Shown here: piece by piece, positions 13,763-25,267 of the stretch
Numbering within the stretch: the first letter of the stretch is position 1
Layout: each line of letters starts with the position of its first letter
Assembly: GCA_964506505.1 (NCBI GenBank)
Contig: CAZDKY010000019.1
Span: 606 to 64,605 of the forward strand
Direction of reading: 5' to 3'
DNA: 64,000 nucleotides
DNA from: an uncultured Syntrophomonadaceae bacterium
GTDB taxonomy: Bacteria; Bacillota; Dethiobacteria; DTU022
The notes under the pieces: generated by a model
Told to the model about the DNA's origin: nothing
The model's input: the letters and a program-made list of their open reading frames with translations, nothing else
The model's database searches: none
Translations under genes and position numbers: made by a program

Positions 13763-14360
13763 TAATGAGGCACCTTCTTCCTTCTACTTTCAACATGTCG
13801 CGGCAGAAAAGATCTATTGCCGTCGCGTATATTCTGTGTTCGGCAGCATGGATGCGCTGATGCAGGGTTCCCACTGTATCGCGCTGAATAACCGGCACTG
13901 TTTCCTGCAGAATAATCGGTCCGCTGTCAAGTCCTTCTTCAACGAAATGAACAGTACATCCAGTCACTTTAACACCATACCGGCAGGCCTGCCCAATCCC
14001 ATCCAGGCCCTTGAAAGAGGGTAACAGAGAGGGATGAATATTCATGATCCTCAGAGGAAAAGCATCGATAAACAGCGGCGAAAGCAGGCGCATAAATCCA
14101 GCCAGGACTACAAGATCGACCGCTTCATTTTTCAGCAGCTTTACCAGAGTCCGGTCGTATTCCTTTCGGCTTTCATAGAACCGGGGATCAACAAACTGCG
14201 CCTTAACACCGTGATTTTTCGCCCTTTCCAGGGCATGCGCTTTTGCCTGATCACTGATCACCATTACCACTTTTCCGGTAATTTCTTTTTCTTCCACGGC
14301 TTCCAGGATTGCTTCGAGGTTTGTCCCTTCACCGGAAGCCAGGACAGCAATATTTTTCAT
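13755..14360 (-). CDS. purN: Phosphoribosylglycinamide formyltransferase
   Basis: 201 aa; [15 protein letters not shown]...[10 protein letters not shown]. Confidence 0.9.
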   Translation of the reverse strand: MKNIAVLASGEGTNLEAILEAVEEKEITGKVVMVISDQAKAHALERAKNHGVKAQFVDPRFYESRKEYDRTLVKLLKNEAVDLVVLAGFMRLLSPLFIDAFPLRIMNIHPSLLPSFKGLDGIGQACRYGVKVTGCTVHFVEEGLDSGPIILQETVPVIQRDTVGTLHQRIHAAEHRIYATAIDLFCRDMLKVEGRRCLIID

Positions 14361-14450
14361 TGAGCAACTCCTTATGGCAATTGTTATTTTTTCATATTCG
14401 ATGCTCCCGGCTAGATACCTCCTCCGCTGTTTTTAGTCGGATTTCCCATT

Positions 14451-15494
14451 TTATCCTGCCAGTGCAAACTTACCAGTTCCTTTTTCGACTTTTCCGATGA
14501 CAAATGCTGCGATTCCCTGACTTTTAAAATATTCTTCCAGGGGATGCGCTTCACTTTCCGATACTACCAGGACAAAACCGATACCCATGTTAAAAACGCG
14601 GAACATCTCTTCCCGCTTTACAGGCCCCAGTGCTTTAATCAGGTTAAAAATTGCCGGGACTGGCCAGGTTTCCTCTTTTATTACTGCTTTCAATCCGGGA
14701 GGCAGTATGCGAGACAGGTTTCCGGGCAAACCTCCTCCTGTGATGTGAGCCATACCGCGTATTGAGAAGCGCTTGAGTGCTTCCAGGACAGGCCGGACAT
14801 AGATCGTTGTCGGCTGCAGCAGCTCTTCAGCCAATGTCTTATTGAGATCCTGATTCTGCTCCTCAAGGTTCAGTTTATTTTGCTCCAGCAGCACTTTTCG
14901 GACAAGTGAATAGCCGTTGCTGTGCAATCCGCTGGAAGCAAGCCCAACCAGGATGTCACCATCAGAAATATTTTTACCGTCAATTATTTTTTCCCTGTCG
15001 ACCATACCGACGGCAAAACCGGCCAGATCATATTCGCCGGGTGGGTAGAATCCGGGCATCTCGGCCATTTCACCCCCCAGCAGGGCACATCCAGCCTGGC
15101 GGCAGCCTTCTGCCACCCCGCTGACTATCACCTCAATCTGTGATGGTTTCAGCTGTCCTACAGCAAGATAGTCGAGCAGGAACAGGGGTTCTGCTCCCTG
15201 CACCAGGATATCATTGACGCACATTGCTACACAGTCTATTCCCACCGTATCGTGCCGTCCAGCAGCAAAAGCTACTTTCAACTTGGTGCCCACACCGTCA
15301 CAGCCTGAAACAAGAACCGGTTCTTTCAATACCCCGATGTCGGGAGCAAAGAGCCCGCCGAAACCACCGATGTCCTGCAGAACTTCCGGCCGAAAAGTGG
15401 AGCGGGCCATTGCTTTAATCTTTTCCACTGCTTCTTCGCCGGCGTCGATATTAACTCCGGCCTGCCGGTAATTCATTTCTTCAACCAATGCCAA
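14451..15494 (-). CDS. purM: Phosphoribosylformylglycinamidine cyclo-ligase (AIR synthase)
   Basis: 347 aa; AIRS N/C domains. Confidence 0.95.
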   Translation of the reverse strand: MALVEEMNYRQAGVNIDAGEEAVEKIKAMARSTFRPEVLQDIGGFGGLFAPDIGVLKEPVLVSGCDGVGTKLKVAFAAGRHDTVGIDCVAMCVNDILVQGAEPLFLLDYLAVGQLKPSQIEVIVSGVAEGCRQAGCALLGGEMAEMPGFYPPGEYDLAGFAVGMVDREKIIDGKNISDGDILVGLASSGLHSNGYSLVRKVLLEQNKLNLEEQNQDLNKTLAEELLQPTTIYVRPVLEALKRFSIRGMAHITGGGLPGNLSRILPPGLKAVIKEETWPVPAIFNLIKALGPVKREEMFRVFNMGIGFVLVVSESEAHPLEEYFKSQGIAAFVIGKVEKGTGKFALAG

Positions 15495-15547
15495 ACCACT
15501 CCCATCTTGAAAGAAAGCCCGGCTTTTAGCCGGGCTTTTAATTTCGC

Positions 15548-17527
15548 CTAGAAAAACAGCGGTGCAAAAACAAGAGCCACTATACTCATCAGCTTGATCA
15601 AAATATTAAGGGACGGCCCCGCCGTATCCTTGAAGGGATCACCTACCGTATCGCCTACCACCGCTGCCTTGTGCGCATCGCTTCCCTTTCCTCCCAGGTT
15701 CCCAGCCTCAATAAATTTCTTGGCATTGTCCCAGGCTCCTCCGGCATTAGCCATGTTAATAGCCTGCAGCACACCTGTCACCAGGGCACCGGCCAACAAT
15801 CCACCAAGAGCTTCCCGGCCAAGGAATGGGATTAAACCAACAGCCAGTGGTACGACCACGGCCATCAGACCCGGAATAACCATTTCCCTGAGGGCCGCGC
15901 TGGTGCTGATGTCTACGCATCTGGCATATTCCGGACGAGTTTCGCCTTCCATCAGCCCTGGAATTTCCTTGAACTGGCGGCGGATTTCTTCGATCAGGGA
16001 AAAAGCGGCATTGCCCACCGCTTCCATGGTCCGTGAAGTAAAGAAATATGTAAGCATACCGCCGATCATTAACCCGGCTATCACCTTGGCACTGATGATA
16101 TTGATTACGCTCATCTCGGCAACCTGGGCATAAGCGGTAAATAGGGCCAGGGCTGTCAGCGCCGCCGAACCGATGGCAAAACCCTTGCCAATGGCCGCTG
16201 TGGTGTTGCCAAGAGAGTCGAGTTGGTCGGTAATTTTGCGCACATCTTTTTCCAGCTCCGCCATCTCCGCAATGCCTCCGGCATTATCGGCCACCGGGCC
16301 GTAAGCATCAACAGCGACAGTCATACCAACCGTGGAAAGCATCCCTACCGCCGATATGGCAATGCCGTAAATACCGGCAAAATGATACGATACCAGGATA
16401 GCTGCAACAATGGTAAGCACAGGGTAAACCGTGCTCTTCATCCCCACGGCCAGACCGCTGATAATATTAGTTGCCGGGCCGGTGGTTGAAGCCCGGGCGA
16501 TATCTTGCACCGGTTTGAAATGATCTGAAGTATAGTATTCGGTAATCCTGCCGATGATTACCCCGGCCAGCAAACCGGCAACCACAGCATAGAATGATCC
16601 GAAATCAGGGAAAACTCCTTCACCGACAAAGTAACTGACCAGAAAGTAAGATACTATTACTACTACCAGGGCACTGATCCATATACCCCGATCTAGAACT
16701 GCTCCCAGTCGGGCCCCTTCTTTAGCCCTCACGAAAAAGGAAGCAAAAATTGAAGCAAGCACTCCTACCGAAGCCACCAGCAATGGCAGCAGTGTACCAC
16801 CGAAACCGTAGATGACTACACCAAGAGTCATAGTGGCGATCATAGAACCAACATACGATTCAAAAAGGTCAGCTCCCATTCCAGCAACATCGCCGACATT
16901 GTCGCCCACATTATCGGCTATTACACCGGCGTTTCGCGGATCGTCTTCCGGTATGCCCGCTTCCACCTTGCCTACCAGGTCAGCGCCCACATCGGCAGCC
17001 TTGGTATAGATACCGCCTCCCACCCTGGCAAATAGGGCAATTGAGCTCGCTCCAAGGGCATAACCGTTAATAATGGCCGGCTCGCGGATTAACAGGTAAA
17101 GCACACCCAGTCCAAACAGGCCCAGCCCGGCTACCATCATTCCCATGATCGTCCCGCTTGAAAAAGCAATAGTCAGGGCAGGATTGATTCCCGAACGGGC
17201 GGCATGGGCGGTGCGCACATTGGCACTTGTGGCCACGGTCATGCCAATATAACCTGCGGTAGCCGAGAAAACTGCTCCCACTACAAAACTGACTGCGGTG
17301 AGTATGTCGATGGCCAGGGCCAGGACAATTGTCAAAACAACTACAAAGATCGCCAGGTAAGTGTATTCACGCTTAAGAAAAGCCATTGCTCCTTCGTGAA
17401 TAGCGCCGGCGATCTCCTTCATTTTATCGCTGCCCGGATCGGCCTGGCGCAGTTTGGACCAGAGAATTATTGCAAAAACAAGGGCCGCCAGGGCACAAAT
17501 CGGTACAGCATAAAGCATTGATTCCAT
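15548..17527 (-). CDS. hppA: Membrane-bound K+/Na+- or H+-translocating pyrophosphatase
   Basis: 659 aa polytopic protein; [19 protein letters not shown] and DNVGDNVGD motifs. Embedded inside the pur operon between purF and purM. Confidence 0.9.
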   Translation of the reverse strand: MESMLYAVPICALAALVFAIILWSKLRQADPGSDKMKEIAGAIHEGAMAFLKREYTYLAIFVVVLTIVLALAIDILTAVSFVVGAVFSATAGYIGMTVATSANVRTAHAARSGINPALTIAFSSGTIMGMMVAGLGLFGLGVLYLLIREPAIINGYALGASSIALFARVGGGIYTKAADVGADLVGKVEAGIPEDDPRNAGVIADNVGDNVGDVAGMGADLFESYVGSMIATMTLGVVIYGFGGTLLPLLVASVGVLASIFASFFVRAKEGARLGAVLDRGIWISALVVVIVSYFLVSYFVGEGVFPDFGSFYAVVAGLLAGVIIGRITEYYTSDHFKPVQDIARASTTGPATNIISGLAVGMKSTVYPVLTIVAAILVSYHFAGIYGIAISAVGMLSTVGMTVAVDAYGPVADNAGGIAEMAELEKDVRKITDQLDSLGNTTAAIGKGFAIGSAALTALALFTAYAQVAEMSVINIISAKVIAGLMIGGMLTYFFTSRTMEAVGNAAFSLIEEIRRQFKEIPGLMEGETRPEYARCVDISTSAALREMVIPGLMAVVVPLAVGLIPFLGREALGGLLAGALVTGVLQAINMANAGGAWDNAKKFIEAGNLGGKGSDAHKAAVVGDTVGDPFKDTAGPSLNILIKLMSIVALVFAPLFF

Positions 17528-17712
17528 TATTATTTTCCTCCTGTCGTTTTTGCTTGTTCTGCTTTGGCTGGGGTTAAAACCCAGTCAATTAACCATTCAG
17601 CCTTTTCTTCAGACAAGCATCTTTATTTATTTACTGACCTTTACTGATTTGCTCTTTTTTAAATCCACAGGGAAAGACTTTTCAGCTTTTTCAAAAGATC
17701 CCTGTTTTCCCC

Positions 17713-17791
17713 CCAGGATAACCATATTGCCAGGAACGTCTGCCCTTCCAAGGGTTAACTTTTCCAGGGTCATAACTCCTACATACATTAC
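17713..17791 (-). pseudogene. Relic fragment of purL (about 79 nt, about 91% identical to 20844-20922); heads a 53-codon ORF (17627-17788) in the hppA leader
   Basis: Direct nucleotide alignment of 17713-17791 with 20844-20922 (7 mismatches in 79). The fragment encodes [27 protein letters not shown], versus [27 protein letters not shown] in purL. Confidence 0.6.
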
Positions 17792-17863
17792 TATTCTTAC
17801 CAGGTTTTTATCTCTTTAATTTTTGCCCGCTGTAATTTGATCGTTTTAATTATATCTCTCTTT

Positions 17864-19267
17864 CTAAGCCTTCTGTGGATAGTCACCTGTAAAACAGGCC
17901 CGGCAAAAATTACTGGCCGGTAGTCCGATGGCGGCAACCACTTCCTCAAGACTCAGGTAGCCGATTGAATCGGCTCCGATCAGTTTCGGTATTTCCATCA
18001 CCTCGCGCTGGTAGGCAATAAGCTCATGCGGATCGGGTGTATCAATACCGTAGTAACAGGAACCGATCAGGGGCGGTGAGCTAATCCGCAGGTGCACTTC
18101 TTTTGCTCCAGCACGACGCATTATTTTGATCAGCTTAAGACTGGTTGTCCCGCGGACAATGGAATCATCTACCAGGACCACCCTTTTCCCTTCGACGATT
18201 TTCTTCACTGCATTCAGCTTCAGGTCCACCCCTTCTTCACGCATTTTCTGGGTAGGCTTGATAAAGGTGCGACCGATATAACGGTTTTTGACCAGGGCCA
18301 TTTCGTAGGGTAAACCTGCTTCTTCGGCAAAACCTGAAGCAGCGGCGATGCTTGAATCGGGCACTCCAGAAACAATATCAGCCTCAACTGGATGTTCGCG
18401 GGCCAGTCTCCTGCCCAGTTCCTTGCGCACCAGGTGCACATTTTTGCCCAATAGATTGCTGTCAGGCCGGGCAAAGTAGATATATTCAAAAATACAGAGG
18501 TTGGGATGGCTATTTTCAATGATCTGCCTGCTATGCAAGCCATTTTCATCAAGGATCACCATTTCGCCAGGTTCGACATCGCGGATGAAAGAAGCGCCAA
18601 TAGTATCAAAAGCACATGTTTCAGAAGCAAGGAAATAGCCGTTTCCTTCAAGGGAAGCGACTGAGAGAGGACGGAATCCGAAACCATCTCGCAGGCCGAT
18701 GACCCGGTGCCCGTCGCTGATTACAAAGGCAAAGGCTCCCTTGAGACGTGGGATCACTGCAGCCAGAGATTCCTCCAGAGAGCTGCTTCCCTGCCGGGCT
18801 ATCATGTGAGCAAGAAGTTCGCTGTCCGTATCAGTTTGGAATATAGCTCCCTGACGTTCAAGTTCTTCACGCAGGTCGGCTGAATTAAGGAGATGGCCAT
18901 TGTGGGCAATGACCAGCTCACCGTGTCGATAGCGCAGTTTAAGAGGTTGTGTGTTCTCGAAACTGCTGCCACCTTCGCTTCCGTAGGGATAACGGACATG
19001 ACCTACCGCCAGTTTGCATACTATACCTTTCAGGTCGGCGCTTACTGGAAATACTTCTGAAACCAGTCCCAGTCCTCTTTTTAGCAACATCTTGCGACCG
19101 TCACCCGGCCCGGCAGCGATGCCGGCGCTCTCCTGCCCCCGGTGTTGCAAAGCATAGAGGGCAAAACAGGTCAAAAAAGCCAGTGGTTGATCTTCAGCAT
19201 AGCCGCCGCATACTCCACAGGCTTCGTGCAGATTCCGGCAACCGTTTGAAATTACTTCATCAGGCAT
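17864..19267 (-). CDS. purF: Amidophosphoribosyltransferase
   Basis: 467 aa; N-terminal Cys nucleophile (ACGVCG), PRTase domain, Fe-S cysteines. Confidence 0.95.
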   Translation of the reverse strand: MPDEVISNGCRNLHEACGVCGGYAEDQPLAFLTCFALYALQHRGQESAGIAAGPGDGRKMLLKRGLGLVSEVFPVSADLKGIVCKLAVGHVRYPYGSEGGSSFENTQPLKLRYRHGELVIAHNGHLLNSADLREELERQGAIFQTDTDSELLAHMIARQGSSSLEESLAAVIPRLKGAFAFVISDGHRVIGLRDGFGFRPLSVASLEGNGYFLASETCAFDTIGASFIRDVEPGEMVILDENGLHSRQIIENSHPNLCIFEYIYFARPDSNLLGKNVHLVRKELGRRLAREHPVEADIVSGVPDSSIAAASGFAEEAGLPYEMALVKNRYIGRTFIKPTQKMREEGVDLKLNAVKKIVEGKRVVLVDDSIVRGTTSLKLIKIMRRAGAKEVHLRISSPPLIGSCYYGIDTPDPHELIAYQREVMEIPKLIGADSIGYLSLEEVVAAIGLPASNFCRACFTGDYPQKA

Positions 19268-21447
19268 GAAAAAACCTCCTCGTACGCGGACCGCAAACTG
19301 CTAATCTCCAATTTTAATATTATATCATCGCCCGAGCGGATCAGCAAAACCTTGCCCCCTGTTTTTCCCAGGATGGTAAGCGGAACTCCCGCTTTTTCAG
19401 CCTCGACTTTCACATTCTCCAGGTTTTCTCCGCCCGTAGATATTAAAACCCTGGACGGTCCTTCCCCGAATAAGGAGCTTATTTTATCCGGCTGTCCGGT
19501 AACTTCCACAGCAGCGCCAATATTGTTTGGCAGGCAGCTTTCCGCCAGGGCCACTGCCAGACCGCCTTCCGCCAAATCATGGGCCGAAGCAACCAGCCTG
19601 CTGCGTACCAAACAACGAACCAGAGACTGCAATCTTTTTTCCAGTTCCAGGTTAACAGGGGACAACAGACCACCCAATTCTCCGCCGCAGCTCTTCTGCA
19701 GCTGGCTGCCTCCAAGAGATACTGCCGGCGATCCCAGCAGACAAATCCAGTCTCCTGGCTTTTTGAAATCCGCTGTTCCCTGCTGTTCATATCTGTCCAG
19801 TAATCCCACTGCTCCGACTACCGGTGTAGGATAAATAGCCTGCCCGGCAACCTCGTTATAAAAACTGACATTGCCACCTACCACCGGGGTTTCCAGAACC
19901 CGGCAGGCTTCAGCCATTCCTTCAACCGTTGCTTTGAACTGGCTGTAAATTTCTTCTTTCTCGGGATTGCCAAAATTAAGGCAATCCGTAATGCCAACAG
20001 GTTCCGCTCCTACACAGCTAAGGTTACGGGTCGCTTCCATTACCGCCATCTTGCCGCCGGCTGATGGATCAAGGTGGCAATAACGACCGTTTCCGTCAAC
20101 GGTCATAGCCAGCGCCTGTCCTGTTTGACGAATCTTGATTACTGCCGCATCGCCGCCCGGTCCCTGCACAGTTGACGTGCGCACCTGATAATCATAGCGC
20201 TGCCAGACCCATTCCTTGGAAGCAATATCCGGGTCGGCTAGCAAATTGAGCAAAACCTCTCCGCAATTTTCGATCCCGGTAACTGGCTTATTTACTTCCC
20301 GGCAAACAGAAGTACCGCCATTTGCCGCACAATCCTCAGCATATTCTGGACTTCCTCCGGCCACACTCCAGGCGGGAACGGAAACTACCTTTTTACCTTT
20401 ATGGTAAACTGTTACAAGACCGTCATCGGTAACCCGTCCCAGCACTGCCATTTCCAGTTCCCAGCGACTGAATATATTTTTTACTTCTTCCTTCCGTTTC
20501 GGTTCAACAATTAGCAGCATCCTTTCCTGCGATTCGGAAGTAAGAATTTCAAAATCTTCCATTTCCGCTTCTCGCAGGGGCACCCGGTCCAGATCAATCT
20601 CCATACCAGTCCCGGCGCGGGAAGCTGTTTCCGTTAATGCACAGGTTAATCCGGCCCCGCCCAAATCCTGCACTCCAACTACTGCTTTCTCTTCAATTGC
20701 TTCCAGGGTTGCTTCAAGAAGCAGCTTGCCCAGGAATGGATCACCTACCTGAACAGCCGGCCTTCTTTCTTCAGAAGCATTCGAAAGCTCTTCCGAAGCG
20801 AATGTTACGCCGTGTATGCCGTCTCTTCCAGTCAGAGCACCGACCAGGATAACCAGGTTGCCAGGAGCGTCTGCCCTTCCAAGGGTCAACTTTTCCAGGG
20901 GCATAACACCTACACACATTACATTAACCAGCGGATTGCCGCGATAGCACTGCTCAAAATAAACCTCTCCGCCAACTGTAGGAATGCCGACACAGTTTCC
21001 GTAACCTCCGATACCGGCAACCACGTTGTCAAAAATATAGCAGGTCCTATCGTTATCTGGCGGTCCAAAGCGAAGCGAATTCAAAAAAGCAACCGGTTGG
21101 GCTCCCATAGTAAAGATATCCCTCAGTATTCCGCCCACCCCGGTTGCTGCTCCCTGGTAAGGCTCAATCGCCGAAGGATGATTATGGCTCTCGATCTTGA
21201 ATACCGCGGCCCATCCTTTCCCAATGTCAACCACTCCGGCATTTTCGCCTGGGCCCTGGATAATCCGCGAACCGGAAGTGGGAAATATTTTCAGCATAGA
21301 TCGTGAATGTTTGTAGCTGCAGTGCTCGGACCACATTACACTGTACATGTTAAGTTCAACTTCATTGGGCTCTCGCCCCATCTGTTTTTTAATCAGCGCA
21401 TACTCACCATCAGTAAGACCAAGGCTGCGCCATATTTTGTCGTTCAA
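19252..21447 (-). CDS. purL: Phosphoribosylformylglycinamidine synthase subunit II
   Basis: 731 aa; AIRS-like repeats. Confidence 0.95.
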   Translation of the reverse strand: MNDKIWRSLGLTDGEYALIKKQMGREPNEVELNMYSVMWSEHCSYKHSRSMLKIFPTSGSRIIQGPGENAGVVDIGKGWAAVFKIESHNHPSAIEPYQGAATGVGGILRDIFTMGAQPVAFLNSLRFGPPDNDRTCYIFDNVVAGIGGYGNCVGIPTVGGEVYFEQCYRGNPLVNVMCVGVMPLEKLTLGRADAPGNLVILVGALTGRDGIHGVTFASEELSNASEERRPAVQVGDPFLGKLLLEATLEAIEEKAVVGVQDLGGAGLTCALTETASRAGTGMEIDLDRVPLREAEMEDFEILTSESQERMLLIVEPKRKEEVKNIFSRWELEMAVLGRVTDDGLVTVYHKGKKVVSVPAWSVAGGSPEYAEDCAANGGTSVCREVNKPVTGIENCGEVLLNLLADPDIASKEWVWQRYDYQVRTSTVQGPGGDAAVIKIRQTGQALAMTVDGNGRYCHLDPSAGGKMAVMEATRNLSCVGAEPVGITDCLNFGNPEKEEIYSQFKATVEGMAEACRVLETPVVGGNVSFYNEVAGQAIYPTPVVGAVGLLDRYEQQGTADFKKPGDWICLLGSPAVSLGGSQLQKSCGGELGGLLSPVNLELEKRLQSLVRCLVRSRLVASAHDLAEGGLAVALAESCLPNNIGAAVEVTGQPDKISSLFGEGPSRVLISTGGENLENVKVEAEKAGVPLTILGKTGGKVLLIRSGDDIILKLEISSLRSAYEEVFSCLMK

Positions 21448-21468
21448 AACTTGTTCTTCTCCTCCGTC

Positions 21469-22164
21469 TCAAGACCTATCCAGATAGCGGCAGATCGATT
21501 CAAATATAACCAGGCCGTCTTCCGAACCAAGGGTCGCCTCACCAGCTCGTTCCGGGTGAGGCATCATTCCTGCTACATTCCCCCGCTTGTTGCAAACACC
21601 GGCTATATTGCCCAGTGAACCATTTGGATTGGCTTCCTCCGTAATTTCGCCTTTTGCATTGCTGTAGCGAAAAATGATCTGCCTGTTTTCATCCAGCTGA
21701 TCCAGCACATCCGGTGGAGCATAGTAACATCCATCGCCGTGGGCCACGGGGATTTTCAGAACATCTCCTCTTGCCGCACTGCCAGTGTAAGGTGTATCGC
21801 CGTTTTCAACTCGCAGGAAAACCTGGCGGCAACGGAACTGGAGATTCTGATTACGGTAAAGTGCGCCGGGGAGCAAACCGGCTTCGGTCAGTACCTGGAA
21901 ACCGTTGCATATTCCGAAAACCAGGCCTCCCTGTTCAGCAAATTCCTGTACTACTTCCATAACCGGGCTGAAACGGGCAATAGCGCCCGCCCGCAGGTAA
22001 TCTCCGTAAGAAAAACCGCCGGGCAGGATTACTGCATCACAGCGGCCCAGGGTCGGCTGATCATAACGAACATAATATGCTTCATGGTTCATAACGTCCT
22101 GCACCAGGTGATAGGCATCGAGATCGCAGTTTGAACCAGGAAAAACCAGGACCGCAAATTTCAT
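21469..22164 (-). CDS. purQ: Phosphoribosylformylglycinamidine synthase glutaminase subunit
   Basis: 231 aa; [14 protein letters not shown], class I glutamine amidotransferase. Confidence 0.95.
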   Translation of the reverse strand: MKFAVLVFPGSNCDLDAYHLVQDVMNHEAYYVRYDQPTLGRCDAVILPGGFSYGDYLRAGAIARFSPVMEVVQEFAEQGGLVFGICNGFQVLTEAGLLPGALYRNQNLQFRCRQVFLRVENGDTPYTGSAARGDVLKIPVAHGDGCYYAPPDVLDQLDENRQIIFRYSNAKGEITEEANPNGSLGNIAGVCNKRGNVAGMMPHPERAGEATLGSEDGLVIFESICRYLDRS

Positions 22165-22472
22165 TTTCCGCCCTCCGGTTCCTGCAGGGAATAGCCAAAA
22201 TCTTCGATAACCGGGTTGCTCAACAGACGCTCTGACATCTCTTTCACCAGTGATGACGCCTCTTCCCTGCTGTCGGCCTCGATAAAAACTTCCATGTATT
22301 TGCCAACCCTCACCCGCTGTACCGTCTCATAACCGAGCGTTTTAAGAGATTTTTCCACCGCCAGGCCCTGTGGATCGCGCACCTCTTTTTTAAGAGTTAC
22401 CTCAACTTTTGCCTTCCAGATCAGATCATGTACCCCCTTCCAGGCGTTGAAGGACTTCGCGGTATGCTTCAA
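22161..22472 (-). CDS. purS: Phosphoribosylformylglycinamidine synthase subunit PurS (start uncertain)
   Basis: [17 protein letters not shown]...[10 protein letters not shown] aligns with PurS. The ORF-track start is a TTG that overlaps purC; the true start is probably nearer 22415, giving about 84 aa. Confidence 0.8.
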   Translation of the reverse strand: MKHTAKSFNAWKGVHDLIWKAKVEVTLKKEVRDPQGLAVEKSLKTLGYETVQRVRVGKYMEVFIEADSREEASSLVKEMSERLLSNPVIEDFGYSLQEPEGGK

Positions 22473-23136
22473 TCACTCCGCCCATGTCACGACGGAAGCG
22501 ATCTTTATCCAGTTTTTCACCGCTGTCGCTGTCCCATAAGCGGCATGTATCGGGAGATATTTCGTCTCCCAGGATGACCTCGCCTTTATGCCTTCCGAAT
22601 TCGAGTTTAAAATCCACCAGCACTATCCCTTTTTCTTTCAGATAAGACTGCAACAGTTCATTAATTTTAAGAGCCTCTTTTTCTATGACGGCCATCTCTT
22701 CAGGTGTAGCCAGATCGAGGGCGTATATATGATAATTGTTGATCATCGGATCATGCAGCTTGTCGTTTTTCAGGGAAAACTCAAGAACAGTCTTTTTTAG
22801 GGTCATCCCTTCCGGTATACCGAGCCTCTTTGAGATACTGCCGGCAGCGATGTTTCGAACAATCACTTCTACCGGAATTATTTCCAGGGCCTTTACCAGC
22901 ATTTCCCGATCGCTCAGCCTCTCCATGTAATGAGTTTTTACACCCTTCTTTTCAAGGAAACTGAAAAATATTTCCGAAAGGCGGTTGTTCAGGATTCCCT
23001 TGTCTGCCAGCTGATCTTTCTTTTCGCCGTCAAAAGCGGTAGCATCGTCCTTAAATTCAACCAGCAGCAACGCAGGATCGTCTGTGCGAAACATCTTCTT
23101 TGCTTTGCCTTCATAAAGGAATTCTCCTCTTTTCAC
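22426..23136 (-). CDS. purC: SAICAR synthetase
   Basis: 236 aa; [16 protein letters not shown] synthetase family. Confidence 0.95.
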   Translation of the reverse strand: MKRGEFLYEGKAKKMFRTDDPALLLVEFKDDATAFDGEKKDQLADKGILNNRLSEIFFSFLEKKGVKTHYMERLSDREMLVKALEIIPVEVIVRNIAAGSISKRLGIPEGMTLKKTVLEFSLKNDKLHDPMINNYHIYALDLATPEEMAVIEKEALKINELLQSYLKEKGIVLVDFKLEFGRHKGEVILGDEISPDTCRLWDSDSGEKLDKDRFRRDMGGVIEAYREVLQRLEGGT

Positions 23137-23222
23137 CTGCTGCTCCCCCCTTCATAATTATTTTGCCATAAACATTCCTTTTGCCTTAAACTTATTATCC
23201 AGCTGTCTGTTTCGTTAACCTC

Positions 23223-24515
23223 TCAAATGCCCAGCCGTCGGTAAATATGGTCAACACGCCTTAGATAGTAGGCCGGGTCAAAACATGCAGCCAGCTTTTC
23301 CTCGCCAAGCCGTTCCCTGATCACTTCGTCATCAGCAAGCAAATCCCGGAAACTGCGGCCGCAGTTCCAGGCTTCCATCGCCCTGGACTGGACTAAATCA
23401 TAGGCTTCTTCGCGGGAGAGGCCTGTTTCCACCAGTTCGAGAAGAACTCTCTGGGAATAAATCAAACCGCCTGTTAATTCAAGGTTACGGACTATGTTTT
23501 CCGGGCGAACCTTCAGCTCCCGCATCACCCTGATCATCTGCCTGAGTAAATGATCAGTCACAATAGTAGCATCGGGCAAGATAACCCTCTCCACCGAGGA
23601 ATGTGAAATATCCCGTTCATGCCAGAGGGCTACATTTTCCAGCGCCGCCGTGGCATAGCCGCGCAGGAGGCGGGACAGGCCGCAGATTTTTTCACATGTC
23701 ACCGGGTTCCGCTTGTGAGGCATAGCCGATGAGCCCTTCTGCCCGCTGTAAAAAGGTTCTTCCATTTCAGCCGTCTCGGTACGCTGTAGATTGCGCAACT
23801 CCAGGGCCATTTTTTCCAGTGTTGCTCCAATCAGAGCCAGCACCGAGACAAATTCGGCGTGCCGGTCGCGCTGCAGGACCTGAGTCGATACAGGAGCCGG
23901 TTCAAGCCCCATTTTACGGCATACATATTCCTCGATAAAGGGATCAATGTGGGCAAAATTGCCTACCGCCCCGGACATTTTACCCACGCGGACTCCTTCT
24001 GCCGCCCGTTCCAACCGCCCGCGGTTTCTCCGCGTTTCAGCCAGCCAGAGGGCAAATTTTAAGCCCATACTGGTCGGCTCGGCATGCACCCCGTGAGTGC
24101 GTCCCACAGCTGGTATATCACGATAGCGTTTTGCCTGTTTGGTCAGGACCTCTTCCAGTGCGGCTAGCTCCTTTTGCAACAGTGAGGCAGCCTCCGAGAG
24201 GAGGACGGAAAGGGCAGTGTCGACAACATCGTAAGAAGTAAGTCCGTAATGGAAGAAACGGCTTTCTTCACCGAGCGACTCCGCCACGCACCGGGTGAAA
24301 GCAACCACATCGTGCCGTGTTTCCTTTTCCAGCTCTTCGATTCTTTCCACCGAAAAAGAAGCCTTTTCTGCAATCAGGTTTACTGTATCACTGGGAATAA
24401 CCCCCAGCTCAGACCAGGCTTCCAGGGCGCATAATTCTACCGTCAAAAATTTTTGATAGCGGTTTTCAAGGCTCCAGATACGGCCCATTTCCGGATGCGT
24501 ATACCGTTCTATCAT
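23223..24515 (-). CDS. purB: Adenylosuccinate lyase
   Basis: 430 aa; MIERYTHPEM..., fumarate lyase signature GSSAMPHKRNP. Confidence 0.95.
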   Translation of the reverse strand: MIERYTHPEMGRIWSLENRYQKFLTVELCALEAWSELGVIPSDTVNLIAEKASFSVERIEELEKETRHDVVAFTRCVAESLGEESRFFHYGLTSYDVVDTALSVLLSEAASLLQKELAALEEVLTKQAKRYRDIPAVGRTHGVHAEPTSMGLKFALWLAETRRNRGRLERAAEGVRVGKMSGAVGNFAHIDPFIEEYVCRKMGLEPAPVSTQVLQRDRHAEFVSVLALIGATLEKMALELRNLQRTETAEMEEPFYSGQKGSSAMPHKRNPVTCEKICGLSRLLRGYATAALENVALWHERDISHSSVERVILPDATIVTDHLLRQMIRVMRELKVRPENIVRNLELTGGLIYSQRVLLELVETGLSREEAYDLVQSRAMEAWNCGRSFRDLLADDEVIRERLGEEKLAACFDPAYYLRRVDHIYRRLGI

Positions 24516-25042
24516 TCCTTTTCACCTTGTTCAAGCTGTTGGCAGCTTTTCAATTTTTCCCTCAGACGGCTGTCCTTTTCTTCCACCTGGGCGGCCAGCT
24601 TCTGCCGATAACTGTTTAACTTTTCCCTCAGTTCCTCCTCTTCCATGGCCAGCATCTCCACAGCGAGCAATCCGGCGTTGTAAGCTCCGTTGATGGTCAC
24701 CGTGGCCACCGGGATACCCCGCGGCATCTGGACAATGGAATAAAGCGAGTCAATCCCCTGCAGTGGTTCGATAGCAATCGGTACACCGATCACCGGCAGG
24801 GTTGTCATTGAAGCGATCACTCCCGGCAGGTGAGCCGCTCCACCTGCTGCAGCGATAATCACCTTCAGCCCGGCATCGGCAGCGCCACGGGCATAACGGG
24901 CTGTTTTTTCCGGGTGGCGGTGGGCGCTTGAAACTAACATCTCGTAGCCGACTCCGAACTCTGACAGCGCATCGCCGCATTTTTCCATGATCGGCAAATC
25001 TGAATCGCTGCCCATTACTATGCCTACCTGGATTGAGGACAT
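24512..25042 (-). CDS. purE: N5-carboxyaminoimidazole ribonucleotide mutase
   Basis: Start placed at the ATG at 25040-25042 (MSSIQVGIVMGSDSDL), which has a GGAGG RBS 6 nt upstream. The ORF-track start at 25069 would include the RBS. Confidence 0.9.
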   Translation of the reverse strand: MSSIQVGIVMGSDSDLPIMEKCGDALSEFGVGYEMLVSSAHRHPEKTARYARGAADAGLKVIIAAAGGAAHLPGVIASMTTLPVIGVPIAIEPLQGIDSLYSIVQMPRGIPVATVTINGAYNAGLLAVEMLAMEEEELREKLNSYRQKLAAQVEEKDSRLREKLKSCQQLEQGEKE

Positions 25043-25071
25043 TAGGTACCTCCGCGTGTTAAGATTCAAAC

Positions 25072-25119
25072 GGTTCGGGCACTTTAAAACGCCTAAGCGG
25101 TCTTATAAATGCCCGAACC
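25072..25119 (-). other. 10-bp perfect-stem hairpin with a 28-nt loop in the permease-purE intergenic region, 30 nt upstream of the purE RBS (candidate attenuator or weak terminator)
   Basis: GGTTCGGGCA...TGCCCGAACC followed by GUUUGAAUCUU in the minus-sense transcript. Confidence 0.35.
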
Positions 25120-25267
25120 ATGTTCGTCTTATCCTTAAAACTAACACTTCTTACCGGCAGGTGCTGTCGCCGGTTTTCTCAGTTTAACTTTTCCTTTAAT
25201 CTCAAAACGTTTCTTAGTTCAACTGATCCTTTACTTTATGGTTCCTTTCCTGATTACAATTTCCGGC

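Noticed and set aside
24512-25069. Apparent N-terminal extension and C-terminal coiled-coil extension of PurE (185 aa ORF)
   Set aside because: The upstream 9 codons contain the GGAGG RBS for the ATG at 25040-25042. The C-terminal EELREKLNSYRQKLAAQ segment corresponds to the normal PurE C-terminal helix (compare the ...KL.EYR..QT..VL tail in other PurE proteins), so it is not a real extension.
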